A program made the translations under genes and the position numbers. Shown here one piece after another: positions 53,254 to 62,757 of a stretch of DNA of 64,000 nucleotides. Numbering within the stretch: position 1 is the first letter of the stretch; every line of letters begins with the position of its first letter. The stretch is from an uncultured Alphaproteobacteria bacterium (GTDB taxonomy: Bacteria; Pseudomonadota; Alphaproteobacteria; Rs-D84). The stretch spans positions 24,175-88,174 of the forward strand of contig CANBCI010000003.1 in the NCBI GenBank assembly GCA_947367055.1. The letters run 5' to 3'. The notes under the pieces are model-generated. The model was not told the origin of the DNA, ran no database searches, and saw only the letters and a list, made by a program, of their open reading frames with translations.

Positions 53254-53443
53254 CTTCACGTCCTTTGGTTTCACTAGATTTTCGCAGAAAATATATTCCG
53301 CCCAATGTAAATATTGCCTGCAGCATTGCAAACATGTCCGTATCGCCGACCAAATATGCGGCGACCGCGGATAAAATTCCGACGCCTGACATGATGTAGG
53401 TTTTTTTATCGGCCAGGAATCCCCCGCTTATAATTTTTCGCAT
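53222..53443 (-). CDS. holin-like small membrane protein
   Basis: Two hydrophobic helices (GVGILSAVAAYLVG and FAMLQAIFTLGGIYFL) with a charged C-terminus. Adjacent to the endolysin. Start uncertain. Confidence 0.3.
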   Translation of the reverse strand: MRKIISGGFLADKKTYIMSGVGILSAVAAYLVGDTDMFAMLQAIFTLGGIYFLRKSSETKGREDGKNSRKISE

Positions 53444-53453
53444 TTCGCCCCCA

Positions 53454-53861
53454 TTACAGATAAAACAGCAGCCCGTCCACATCAGCGATATAACCACGCG
53501 CACGCGCCCAATCCGGCATTTGCGTCGACATATGAAATCGCGTTGCCCCACTACAACAATCCGGCAGGTTTCCGCGCATCATTCGCGACACCACCCGCAG
53601 ACACATTTCAAATCCGCGACAGTTCACATCAATATCCGACACCGCACAATCGTCCGGCGCATTAAAAATTTCGCAATCGCGCACAACATCTATAACACTT
53701 CGGTTTGTTTTGCGTGCATTGTTCGCAATCATTGATGCAAGCGCCTCAACCACCGCCAGCGACGATGCGTTTGTTTGCGCGTATACCACGCGCGCAATTT
53801 CATAAATTGGACGCAGACTTTCATCCGGGTTTTTAATCAGTGTCAATTGCATGTGCATCAT
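53454..53861 (-). CDS. SleB-like cell-wall hydrolase (phage endolysin candidate)
   Basis: IARVVYAQTNASSLAVVEALASMIANNA...SVIDVV and C-terminal CCSGATRFHMST resemble the Hydrolase_2/SleB family. AAGGG RBS. Confidence 0.55.
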   Translation of the reverse strand: MMHMQLTLIKNPDESLRPIYEIARVVYAQTNASSLAVVEALASMIANNARKTNRSVIDVVRDCEIFNAPDDCAVSDIDVNCRGFEMCLRVVSRMMRGNLPDCCSGATRFHMSTQMPDWARARGYIADVDGLLFYL

Positions 53862-54019
53862 CCCTTGGCTAGAAAAATAAAAACCCGTACGCATGTGTAC
53901 GGGTAAAAAAACACCCCGGTTCGGGGCAAAAACAATCTGTGCTGTTTATGTTTTATATAATATCATAAATCGGTCAAAAAGTCAAGCATATATTTTCAAA
54001 CCCGGGGAAACCGCGGCAT

Positions 54020-54685
54020 TCACATCGTTATTTCATCCCCGTAAACCAGCAGATATTCCGCACCGCGCCGCAGAACAAGTGCGCCGCATTCGTTAATCTC
54101 AATCAACTGCGCGGGCATTCCCTGATATTTTATATTTTCATTCAGTCCCGCCGCAAAATCCATCCAGCGCGAACGCACCGTCTGAAAATCGGCATGTATC
54201 CATTTGTCCAATTTGCGCATCAAAACCTGCAACAGGTCATTGCGCGTCACCGTTGCATAATTTTCCATTTTGGTTGTTTTATAGCTTTCAACCGTCGGAT
54301 TTGATTTTATATTGATTCCGATTCCGACAATGACAAAACGACCGGAATACTCAATCAACGTGCCGGAAATTTTCATGCCGTCGATTAAAATATCATTGGG
54401 CCACTTGATTGTCGGCCGCGCACCAAATGACGCAATTGATTCCGCAATTGCGACGGCAACCGAATACGACAGACGCGGGTCACGTTCTTCGCAGTCAAAG
54501 ATAAAACTGACATACAAATTGCCATGATGCGAAACCCATGTGCGCCGATAGCGCCCGCGCCCGGCCGACTGTGCATCGGCGACAACCGCGATGTGATCCG
54601 CGGCATCGCCCCGCGCAATAAGTTCGTGCGCATACGTCTGCGTGCTGGGGATTTTATCAAAAGACAAAACTTTATATGTGGCCAA
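54020..54685 (-). CDS. birA: biotin--[acetyl-CoA-carboxylase] ligase
   Basis: GRGRYRRTW motif. BPL catalytic domain without an N-terminal HTH. Confidence 0.85.
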   Translation of the reverse strand: MATYKVLSFDKIPSTQTYAHELIARGDAADHIAVVADAQSAGRGRYRRTWVSHHGNLYVSFIFDCEERDPRLSYSVAVAIAESIASFGARPTIKWPNDILIDGMKISGTLIEYSGRFVIVGIGINIKSNPTVESYKTTKMENYATVTRNDLLQVLMRKLDKWIHADFQTVRSRWMDFAAGLNENIKYQGMPAQLIEINECGALVLRRGAEYLLVYGDEITM

Positions 54686-55109
54686 GGCTGTACACTCCGT
54701 TGGTATTTATTATAAAATCGCGCCCGTAGGTTTTGCGCAATTGATAAATTGCGGTATCAATTGTATGTGTTGCCGCATCCGGCGCATATCCCATCGCCTG
54801 TTTTAATTCGTCCCCTGTCATTGCGCCGCGCCGCCGCAACCAGACGACAATTTGACTTTGCATTCTGGGCAAACGAACATTTTTTCCAAACACATCGCGA
54901 ATAACCCCGGAATTATCCAGCGCATCCAAAATCATCGTTTTTAATTCCAAAGAATTTAGCGGCGCCTTGATTTTCAAATCATCAAAATTCACCTCGGCAT
55001 TACTTGGGCTTTCAACCAATACGGCATGCAGATTGCCTAAAATATGCCGCCATATATCATCCGATGAAAAAATACGCACACCTTTTAACATATATAAAAC
55101 ATAGCCCAT
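54672..55109 (-). CDS. winged-helix (OmpR/trans_reg_C-like) DNA-binding protein
   Basis: C-terminal LPRMQSQIVVWLRRRGAMTGDELKQAMGYAPDAATHTIDTAIYQLRK resembles the OmpR-type wHTH. Confidence 0.45.
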   Translation of the reverse strand: MGYVLYMLKGVRIFSSDDIWRHILGNLHAVLVESPSNAEVNFDDLKIKAPLNSLELKTMILDALDNSGVIRDVFGKNVRLPRMQSQIVVWLRRRGAMTGDELKQAMGYAPDAATHTIDTAIYQLRKTYGRDFIINTNGVYSLGHI

Positions 55110-55180
55110 GCCGCCCCCTTATGTCCATAAAAAAGACCACAATGGGGAAGCATTGTGGTCCGGGGTGTCGAAACATATAA

Positions 55181-55435
55181 TCAAGCGGCCTTGTCAAACC
55201 CTTGATCAACAGGGTCTATAAATTTAGTAAAGTCCTGAATTTTAGATCCTGTGGAAGACAGTATTTTTGAAATACTGTTTGTCGAAGGCCATCTTGGTTG
55301 ACCTTCTTTGGACCAGCGCTTGCTTTTGTTAAAGGTCGTTGGGTCCAATCCGCTGCACTTTGCCAATCCCGAACAAGACATACCGTGTTCTGTGGCAAAT
55401 TTCTCTATTGCACGCCATACATCTTCATGGGTCAT
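55181..55435 (-). CDS. small HTH DNA-binding protein
   Basis: 84 aa. WRAIEKFATEHGMSCSGLAKCSGLDPTTFNKSKR is HTH-like. Confidence 0.45.
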   Translation of the reverse strand: MTHEDVWRAIEKFATEHGMSCSGLAKCSGLDPTTFNKSKRWSKEGQPRWPSTNSISKILSSTGSKIQDFTKFIDPVDQGFDKAA

Positions 55436-55606
55436 TTTTATTCTCCTCTGGTTATCCGGGTCGACTTTCCCGGTTTTTCATCCTACCTGCTGTTGATTTT
55501 ATTCCATCATTTTCGCATTAACAATAAGTACCATTTCCTAAAAAACCGCAGAAATCCGCCTTAAAATAGGATTTTGAACACATTTTAATAATCCCTAAAA
55601 AAATTT

Positions 55607-55647
55607 TTGACAATTTGCTTGACAAATTAAATAAAATGTATTACATT
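55607..55647 (+). promoter_or_regulatory. candidate sigma70 promoter (duplicated TTGACA)
   Basis: TTGACA at 55607 and 55619, with 17 bp to TACATT. Confidence 0.35.
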
Positions 55648-55654
55648 TCGATTC

Positions 55655-55848
55655 GTCAAAGGGAACAAAACCGATGACTGGCCACGCAAGTGACCATGGG
55701 GCCCGGGGATTCAGACTCCCTCCTACATTCTCTCTCCTCTGGACTCTGGGCCTCAAAAACACTTTTTAGAATGCCTATTTCTTTTTCTCCTTTCCTTCCT
55801 TTCTGGGCATTCGGAAACACCGCCGGGAAACCGGCGGCGTTTTTATTA
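55655..55848 (+). ncRNA. candidate CU-rich small RNA
   Basis: Promoter upstream. Pyrimidine-rich body with repeated CUCC/CCUCC motifs, ending in a strong intrinsic terminator (CACCGCCGGgaaaCCGGCGGCG + TTTTT). No downstream plus-strand gene. Confidence 0.25.
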
Positions 55849-55855
55849 AATTATA

Positions 55856-55884
55856 AAAGAAAAACGCCCGATTGGGCGTTTGAT
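55856..55884 (-). terminator. Rho-independent terminator of parC
   Basis: AAACGCCCAATCGGGCGTTT followed by a T-run on the minus strand. Confidence 0.6.
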
Positions 55885-55886
55885 TA

Positions 55887-58118
55887 TTATTTGCTGAACT
55901 TTCCACTGCGCGGGAAACCGACCGGAATCGTGCGTCCCTGTGATGCACGCTTGCCAACCCACGGTTGCCAATCATCCAATTTGGTCACACCGCGCCCGGT
56001 TGTCCAACCGAACCCGTCCGCCGCATCAAAGAACATGACATCCAAAACATATGTGCGTTCAGCATTATATTTCTGTAATATCACCCCCTTGCCGCGCGTC
56101 ATTTCCGGAATTTCAGCGGTCGCAAATATCAGCAACTTGTCATTAGAACCCGACATCGCCACCATGTCACCCGACACGCGCGCACACATTATCGCCGGAT
56201 TTTGCGCATCGGTATTCATAACCTGCTTTCCGGTGCGTGTTTGCGCCATGCAATTGTCACCTGACACAATAAAGCCGGTCCCATGACGCCCCACCACCAG
56301 GTATTTTGCATTCACATCCAAAACAAAGGCGTTTACAATCTGTTCGTCGGCGGCAATGTCCGCCATCATGCGCACCGATTCACCAAACCCGCGCGCCGAC
56401 GGCAATTCATTTGCGGCCAAAGTGAACATTTTGCCCCCGCTGCCGAACAAATTGATTTTGTCCGTACTCATGGCATGGAATGCAGTCTGCAATTCGTCAC
56501 CTTCTTTGAATTTCAAATCCAAATTATTCAAATCCAGGTGCCCCTTGGCGGCGCGTATCCAACCCATTGTCGACAATATGATTGTCAGGGGTTCTTTTTC
56601 GATAAACTCGTCCGCATTAACGACAATTTCTTCGGTCTGTTCCGCCCAAGTCGTACGCCGACGACCCAATGCCGTCTTTTTATCATAGCGCTTTTTTATA
56701 TCTGCAAACCAAGCCTTTAATTGTTCACACTGCATCTGGTCGCTGGCCAACAATTCCTGCAACTGCTTTTGTTCCGCGCGCAATTCCGCATCTTCGCGGC
56801 GAATTTCCATTTCCTCCAACTTGCGCAGCGAACGCAGGCGCGTGTTCAAAATCGCCTCTACCTGAACATCGGTCAAATTAAATTCCGAAACCAAAACCGC
56901 CTTGGCATCGTCTTCGTTTCTGATAATCTCAATAACGCGATCCAGATTCAAATACACGACCAGCAATCCGCCCAGTATCTCCAACCGGCGCGCAATATTG
57001 GCAAGGCGCCAATTCGTACGACGCAACAAAACATTTTTCTGATGCGCAATAAATTCACGCAAAGTGTCCCCAATACCCATTACGCGCGGCGCGCCATTGG
57101 AATCGATAACGTTGAAATTCATGTTGAACCGATATTCCAAATCGGTCATCGCAAACAAATGCGCCATCATTTTGTCGACCGGGACATTGCGGTTTTTCGG
57201 CGTGATTACAATGCGCACATCGGTCGTGGATTCGTCGGCAATATCTTCAACCAGCGGCAACTTTTTCGCATCAATTAGCGCCGCAATCTGTTCCACCAGT
57301 TTTGATTTTATAATTCCATACGGAATTTCGGTGATAACGACCTGCTCGGCCCCGCGGTCAAGTTTTTCCACATCCCACTTTGCACGGACGCGAAACGCGC
57401 CGCGGCCGGTTTCATAATTTTTAACAATTGTGTCAAAGCTGTCGATAAGCACGCCGCCCGTCGGAAAATCGGGGCCAATCATCTTTTTCATGATTTGTGC
57501 GGTTGTGGCGTCCGGCTTGTCCACCACCAGGGCCAGCGCATCACAAACCTCTGCCACGTTGTGGGTCGGAATGTTCGTCGCCATACCAACGGCAATTCCC
57601 ATACCGCCGTTTGCCAGCAGGTTCGGAAACGCACCCGGCATGACAACCGGTTCAACCGTGGTGCCGTCAAAATTCGGCATCATATCAACACTGTTTTCGT
57701 CCAGCCCCTCCATAATCAGCATGGCGGCATCGGTCATCTTTGATTCGGTATAACGATACGCAGCCTGCGGATCGCCGTCAATATTGCCAAAGTTGCCCTG
57801 CCCGTCGATAAGCGGATAACGCACGGAAAAATCCTGGGCCAGGCGAACCATTGCATCATACACCGAACTGTCCCCGTGCGGATGATAGTGACCCAAAACA
57901 TCACCAACAACGGTCGCACATTTACGAAACGCCGCATTTGGCGACAATTTTTGGCGCAACATGGAATACAAAATGCGCCGATGCACAGGTTTTAACCCGT
58001 CACGAACATCGGGCAACGCGCGCGAAACAATCGTGCTGACGGCATATGACAAATAGCGTTCGGACAATGCGTCCGACAACTGCTGTGAATCTATATTTTC
58101 GATAATTTCCTTACTCAT
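55887..58118 (-). CDS. parC: DNA topoisomerase IV subunit A
   Basis: Type IIA topoisomerase A-subunit N-terminus (...[21 protein letters not shown]). Active-site Tyr region. About 745 aa, which is ParC-sized rather than GyrA-sized. Confidence 0.85.
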   Translation of the reverse strand: MSKEIIENIDSQQLSDALSERYLSYAVSTIVSRALPDVRDGLKPVHRRILYSMLRQKLSPNAAFRKCATVVGDVLGHYHPHGDSSVYDAMVRLAQDFSVRYPLIDGQGNFGNIDGDPQAAYRYTESKMTDAAMLIMEGLDENSVDMMPNFDGTTVEPVVMPGAFPNLLANGGMGIAVGMATNIPTHNVAEVCDALALVVDKPDATTAQIMKKMIGPDFPTGGVLIDSFDTIVKNYETGRGAFRVRAKWDVEKLDRGAEQVVITEIPYGIIKSKLVEQIAALIDAKKLPLVEDIADESTTDVRIVITPKNRNVPVDKMMAHLFAMTDLEYRFNMNFNVIDSNGAPRVMGIGDTLREFIAHQKNVLLRRTNWRLANIARRLEILGGLLVVYLNLDRVIEIIRNEDDAKAVLVSEFNLTDVQVEAILNTRLRSLRKLEEMEIRREDAELRAEQKQLQELLASDQMQCEQLKAWFADIKKRYDKKTALGRRRTTWAEQTEEIVVNADEFIEKEPLTIILSTMGWIRAAKGHLDLNNLDLKFKEGDELQTAFHAMSTDKINLFGSGGKMFTLAANELPSARGFGESVRMMADIAADEQIVNAFVLDVNAKYLVVGRHGTGFIVSGDNCMAQTRTGKQVMNTDAQNPAIMCARVSGDMVAMSGSNDKLLIFATAEIPEMTRGKGVILQKYNAERTYVLDVMFFDAADGFGWTTGRGVTKLDDWQPWVGKRASQGRTIPVGFPRSGKFSK

Positions 58119-58194
58119 AACATGAGTGAATTTAGAACATTTGCAAAAAAATAACAACCAAAAAAAATGGCCGGTTTGGCCATAAAAATTAAAA

Positions 58195-58473
58195 TCAATG
58201 CCCTATTTTATGCTTAATTTCACGAATCCGCGCCAATATTTCCTTCAAATCGGCATCGGTTGCGGCCGGCGCGGGGCGATTTGACACCTCGTCCGCCAAG
58301 ACGATGCACAGCGTCGCCAACAGTGCATTTTCCGGCAACGGCCCGATTTTATCCAGAATTTCACGCGCGCGCGCATCCACCATTTTCCCCAGCTCGACCA
58401 GACGGCTTTCCTGGCCGTCCTCGCACCCCATGGGATAATTTTTATTTACAATCGGGATTGATACAACACTCAT
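58195..58473 (-). CDS. hypothetical protein
   Basis: 92-aa ORF. Confidence 0.35.
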   Translation of the reverse strand: MSVVSIPIVNKNYPMGCEDGQESRLVELGKMVDARAREILDKIGPLPENALLATLCIVLADEVSNRPAPAATDADLKEILARIREIKHKIGH

Positions 58474-58679
58474 TTCAACTTCTTTAATATAGAGACTGAT
58501 TTATCAATAATTTCGGTTGCCCGCGCATTTTTATCCCGCAGGTTTTTTACCTGCTCGGTCAGGATTGCCACCTCCAAATCCGTTTGCTTGCCCGCACTAA
58601 CCGCGGCGGCGCGCAGGGATGCGGCCATTTCTTCAACTGCGTTTAATTCTTGAAAGATTTGCTGTTTTATATCTGCCAT
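58470..58679 (-). CDS. hypothetical coiled-coil protein
   Basis: 69 aa, overlapping stop and start with the downstream ORF. Confidence 0.35.
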   Translation of the reverse strand: MADIKQQIFQELNAVEEMAASLRAAAVSAGKQTDLEVAILTEQVKNLRDKNARATEIIDKSVSILKKLK

Positions 58680-58714
58680 GATTACAGTTTAAGATATTTT
58701 TTATATGCGTTCAA

Positions 58715-58740
58715 CCCCAAAATGTGATATAATGGCCGCG
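58715..58740 (+). promoter_or_regulatory. extended -10 promoter
   Basis: TGaTATAAT at about 58726-58734. Confidence 0.4.
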
Positions 58741-58762
58741 TGCAGGCGTAGGGGGCCTATTG

Positions 58763-59689
58763 ATGAAGACTAAAATCATATATATTTCCGGTAATGAAGT
58801 GTTTGAAATGGCGGATATTCGCGCCGCATTTGAAGAGGTTCGCGCCACACTAAACCTTGGCGCAGACACCGTTTTATTTGGTGTCCCGGTTGATGCAGAC
58901 GATGCATTGGCACAAAATACCACAACGCAAATCGCACCCGCAACTGCACCTGTCCAGACCGTGACCGCTGCTGAAATCGTCACAACAGATGCGCCCACCG
59001 ACACCGCACCCGCGGTATCCGATACGCCGGCAACACCGGCCGCAGATACGGTCGATGTACCCGTAAAAAAGAAAAAATCATCCACGCGTCGCGCATCGGC
59101 CCGCGCAACGGCCACGCCGGCCACGGAAACAACACCGACCGATGTTGATTCAGGTGAAACGGCGCAGACCGACACCGTGGTTCCAATTCTGTCTGTTTTG
59201 GCGGCGCAAACCGCGTCCGTTGAAAATGATGATACACAACCAGTAATTTCGGATGTGACGGATATTCCGACCGAATCCGACGCAATTACAGAAATGATTA
59301 CGGATGACGCACCCGAGGTGACACGCGAAAAAACATTGGAAGAATTATTGGAATCCATGACCCCCTTGCGCGAAGATACCCACGAAGATGCGGCCCGCGC
59401 CATTGCCGACCCGACGCCCGCCACAACCGAAGTTGAAATAAGCGATGCGGATGCGACACTGGAACAACTGGCATCGGAATTTGCACAAAACGAAGATAAA
59501 ATTGTCACGACCATAAAAAACGAAACACATGGAAAAATCGGCAAACTAAAAAATATTCTGCCCTTCAAAAAGGCCAAACGCGATGACACCGGAATAATGG
59601 GCGACCTGTTTGGGTGGGCCGGAATCGCCGCCAATGACGAAGACTTTGCCATTCCCGGTTTCTTTACAACAACCGCCGCAAAAAAATAG
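58763..59689 (+). CDS. acidic Thr/Pro/Ala-rich low-complexity protein
   Basis: Structured N-terminus, long acidic T/P/A-rich middle, basic patch KKKKSSTRRASARA, conserved-looking C-terminus MGDLFGWAGIAANDEDF. Confidence 0.5.
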   Translation: MKTKIIYISGNEVFEMADIRAAFEEVRATLNLGADTVLFGVPVDADDALAQNTTTQIAPATAPVQTVTAAEIVTTDAPTDTAPAVSDTPATPAADTVDVPVKKKKSSTRRASARATATPATETTPTDVDSGETAQTDTVVPILSVLAAQTASVENDDTQPVISDVTDIPTESDAITEMITDDAPEVTREKTLEELLESMTPLREDTHEDAARAIADPTPATTEVEISDADATLEQLASEFAQNEDKIVTTIKNETHGKIGKLKNILPFKKAKRDDTGIMGDLFGWAGIAANDEDFAIPGFFTTTAAKK

Positions 59690-59706
59690 GCGTAAAATGA
59701 GTATTT

Positions 59707-60666
59707 ATGAACACGGATGCAGTTTATAGATTACTGACAAATTCCGGATTCCGCATACTTGGCGGCAATGGCGATGCATTATTTATCGAAGATCCGTCAT
59801 GTATCCTGCGCAGTTTTCAAACCTTTATTGAATATGCGTGGATTGTGATATGCGCATTGACCGCATTGTTGATAATGGGTTGGGCAATATCGATGATCCG
59901 CGGTTCCAAAAATGATATTTTTACAAATTTGCGCAATCTTACACTTATATTCGGAACGCTTGGATTGGCGGTTCCAATTGTAAATGCGATATGGGGCGGC
60001 GATTTATTTGCGCGCGGATGCCGTCAAATAACCGTTTCAGTAAGCGAGATATCTAAAATTCTGGATGCACGAAACGCGCAAATGACACGGCGCGGCAACG
60101 ACCTTTATGAACAATTTTATATCGAAGATACCGGCGTCGTTTATAATGGTGCGCCCCCTATGGACTTTAATGAAACACAGTATTCAAAATCTCCGCTCGC
60201 GGCGGCCGGCACCCCGGCACATGTCACCGCAACTGTTTCCGCCGGCCAAGATTATGTTGCATACGCGACGGATTCTGGCCAATCATATCGGCGCATCGGC
60301 GGTTCGCGTTCATGGCGCAATAAAAATCCGGGAAACATACGATATTCCGATTTTGCGCGCCGCGCGGGCGCTATCGGTACGGCGGGCGGGTTTGCAGTAT
60401 TTCCAGACGAGGAAACCGGCATGCGCGCAATTGCGGCATTGTTACGTTCCAATTCATATAATAAATTGACTGTTGCGGGCGCAATCAGCCGCTATGCCCC
60501 GCCGTTTGAAAACGACACCGCCGCATACCACAGAAAAATTGAAAAATTAACCGGACTTTCCGTCAACAAACGAATGGCAGATTTAAGCGACGCCCAGTTG
60601 CAACAGGTTGCCAACGCCATTCGCACCATAGAAGGCTGGACACCCGGCCGCACGGAAAACATATAA
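59707..60666 (+). CDS. membrane protein, hypothetical
   Basis: Two TM helices near the N-terminus. C-terminal WRNKNPGNIRYSDFARRAGAIG motif region. Confidence 0.5.
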   Translation: MNTDAVYRLLTNSGFRILGGNGDALFIEDPSCILRSFQTFIEYAWIVICALTALLIMGWAISMIRGSKNDIFTNLRNLTLIFGTLGLAVPIVNAIWGGDLFARGCRQITVSVSEISKILDARNAQMTRRGNDLYEQFYIEDTGVVYNGAPPMDFNETQYSKSPLAAAGTPAHVTATVSAGQDYVAYATDSGQSYRRIGGSRSWRNKNPGNIRYSDFARRAGAIGTAGGFAVFPDEETGMRAIAALLRSNSYNKLTVAGAISRYAPPFENDTAAYHRKIEKLTGLSVNKRMADLSDAQLQQVANAIRTIEGWTPGRTENI

Positions 60667-60678
60667 GGGGAACCAATC

Positions 60679-61302
60679 ATGCAGACACATCGCATGGGAA
60701 TTTTATATAAAATACTGATGGCGACAATGCTGGTCATTATCGTCATTCTGATTTACTTTCTGGCGGGCGGCCGCACACCCCGCATCGGCACAGCGCGCAG
60801 CGTCACGTCCCCAAATCTGACTTCCACAGAACAGGTTGAAATCGACGAAAACGATGACGCGTTTTCAGACGGCCTGGGGCGACCGGATGCAGTATCACAT
60901 AATGCCGCCGATGAATTTGGCGCCGGCGTTGTGTCGGTTGAAACATTCAACCGTGACATAAACGATGACGGACGCCCCGACAGAATAACACGCACACGCA
61001 TTGAAAACGGAACGGCGCATTTTCACTATGAATATAAAATTGAAATAAACGGACGCGACGGGTTCCGCGACATAACCCCGGCGGGATTTCGCACCACCGA
61101 AGGCGAACCGTGCGCCCTGCAAAAATTACGTTTTTCGTTTCGGCCCGACTTTCACGTAACCAAGGTGTCACGCAAATGGGCAGATTCATGGGACACGTCG
61201 ACCCCGGCCGAAAAAACAGTATACAGCATTCGCGACGGAAACTTGGAAATCACCGAAACCAGTCAAATGAAATCAATATGTAATGTTGCAGAATTACTGT
61301 AA
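60679..61302 (+). CDS. membrane-anchored hypothetical protein
   Basis: N-terminal TM LMATMLVIIVILIYFLAG. Confidence 0.5.
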   Translation: MQTHRMGILYKILMATMLVIIVILIYFLAGGRTPRIGTARSVTSPNLTSTEQVEIDENDDAFSDGLGRPDAVSHNAADEFGAGVVSVETFNRDINDDGRPDRITRTRIENGTAHFHYEYKIEINGRDGFRDITPAGFRTTEGEPCALQKLRFSFRPDFHVTKVSRKWADSWDTSTPAEKTVYSIRDGNLEITETSQMKSICNVAELL

Positions 61303-61974
61303 TAAAAATTTGTTCCGCGCGGAATGAACAACCCCGCCGGCAACCAGTATATGATCAAACACATCCACGCCTATGTCATTCAATGTCAGGCGTATTTTGT
61401 TTGTCATGTCAATATCTTCGCTGGAAAAACCGTTTTCCGACGCCGGATGATTATGTGCAAAGATAACATTACGTGCATGAAAATCCAAGACATGTGAAAC
61501 AATTTCACGAACACAAACATTCGCCCAGTCCAATGTGCCGACGCTATGCGTTTCATCCTCTATCAAGCGCATGTCCGCGTCCAGGTAAAAAATATGAAAC
61601 TCCTCTACATCGCGCGCGCCCAGATATAATTTGCAGTAATTGGCTAAAACCGTATGGTCATGAAAGACGGCCTCTTTCTTCATCTGGCTGCGATATTCCG
61701 ACAATTTGAAATCACGCAACACCTTTAGCAGGATTGCCGTGTTTTTACCGACCCCGTCAACAGACATCAATTCTTGCAGCGGTGCGTTTAATATTTGATA
61801 TACAGACCCAAATTTGTTTAACAACAATCGCACGGTCGGACGCACATCACAACGCGGACGCCATGATGCCAGCATCAGCTCCAATTTGTCCGCATCGGTT
61901 GTCTTGCCATCCAAAAAATCCTGGCGCAGACGTTCGCGATGCCCTTCATGCGCCAATTTGTTTTTATCCGCCAA
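61294..61974 (-). CDS. radC: RadC-like JAB/MPN domain protein
   Basis: HhH N-domain (SVDGVGKNTAILL) and JAMM motif FAHNHPASENGFSSED. Confidence 0.85.
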   Translation of the reverse strand: MADKNKLAHEGHRERLRQDFLDGKTTDADKLELMLASWRPRCDVRPTVRLLLNKFGSVYQILNAPLQELMSVDGVGKNTAILLKVLRDFKLSEYRSQMKKEAVFHDHTVLANYCKLYLGARDVEEFHIFYLDADMRLIEDETHSVGTLDWANVCVREIVSHVLDFHARNVIFAHNHPASENGFSSEDIDMTNKIRLTLNDIGVDVFDHILVAGGVVHSARNKFLLQ

Positions 61975-61992
61975 CTTTGCCCCCGCCGCGCC

Positions 61993-62754
61993 TTAAACCA
62001 TTTTTTCGGTAAAGATTATCGCACCGTCTTCGGTTATGCCGATTGTATGCTCCCACTGCGCCGACAGACCGCCGTCCACCGTACGCGCCGTCCAACCGTC
62101 CGCATCAATTTTACAATCGGGGCGGCCCGTGTTAATAATCGGTTCTATTGTAAACACCAATCCTGGCACCATTTTAACTTTGTCCCAGCACTTGTCATAA
62201 AATGAATAAATCTGCGGATCATCATGCATGACTTTGCCAATACCATGCCCGACAAAATCACGCGATATTGAAAACCCGTGCGGTTTGACCACCGCCTCTA
62301 TCGTTTTGCCGATTTCAGACAACGGAACCCCCGGCGCACATACGGCAATCGCCGCGTTCAGGGCGTCCTGGCATGTCTGAACCAATTCGCGCGCGCGCGG
62401 CGCGACATTGCCAATCATAAACATACGCGACGCGTCACCGTGAAAACCCTTGTACTCCGCCGTCAAATCGACATTGACAATGTCCCCGTCTTTTAACACG
62501 ACATCATCACTGGGTATACCGTGCACAATGACATCATTGACAGACGTGCAAATATTTTTCGGATACCCCTGATACCCCAGGTCCGACGAACGCGCACCGT
62601 TTTCTTTCAGAAACATTGCGACCATGCGGTCTATTTCACCGGTCGAAATTCCCGCCTTGATATGCGGCGAAATAAAGTCAAAGCAACGCGCGACCAAATC
62701 GCCCGACGCGCGCAGTCTCTTAAAATCCTTTGGTGCATAAACAGATGCCAGCAT
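61993..62754 (-). CDS. map: type I methionine aminopeptidase
   Basis: Metal ligands in DIVNVDL, HGDASRMF, FVGHGIG and TIEPIIN blocks. Confidence 0.9.
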   Translation of the reverse strand: MLASVYAPKDFKRLRASGDLVARCFDFISPHIKAGISTGEIDRMVAMFLKENGARSSDLGYQGYPKNICTSVNDVIVHGIPSDDVVLKDGDIVNVDLTAEYKGFHGDASRMFMIGNVAPRARELVQTCQDALNAAIAVCAPGVPLSEIGKTIEAVVKPHGFSISRDFVGHGIGKVMHDDPQIYSFYDKCWDKVKMVPGLVFTIEPIINTGRPDCKIDADGWTARTVDGGLSAQWEHTIGITEDGAIIFTEKMV

Positions 62755-62757
62755 GTT

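Noticed and set aside
55690-56286. 198-aa plus-strand ORF starting in the CU-rich region
   Set aside because: It runs antisense through the parC 3' end. It is Pro/Ser-rich junk with no RBS.
58711-59652. 313-aa minus-strand ORF antisense to the acidic T/P/A-rich gene
   Set aside because: Its Ser-rich sequence lacks features and mirrors the low-complexity repeat. The plus-strand ORF has an extended -10 promoter, an RBS and a structured N-terminus.
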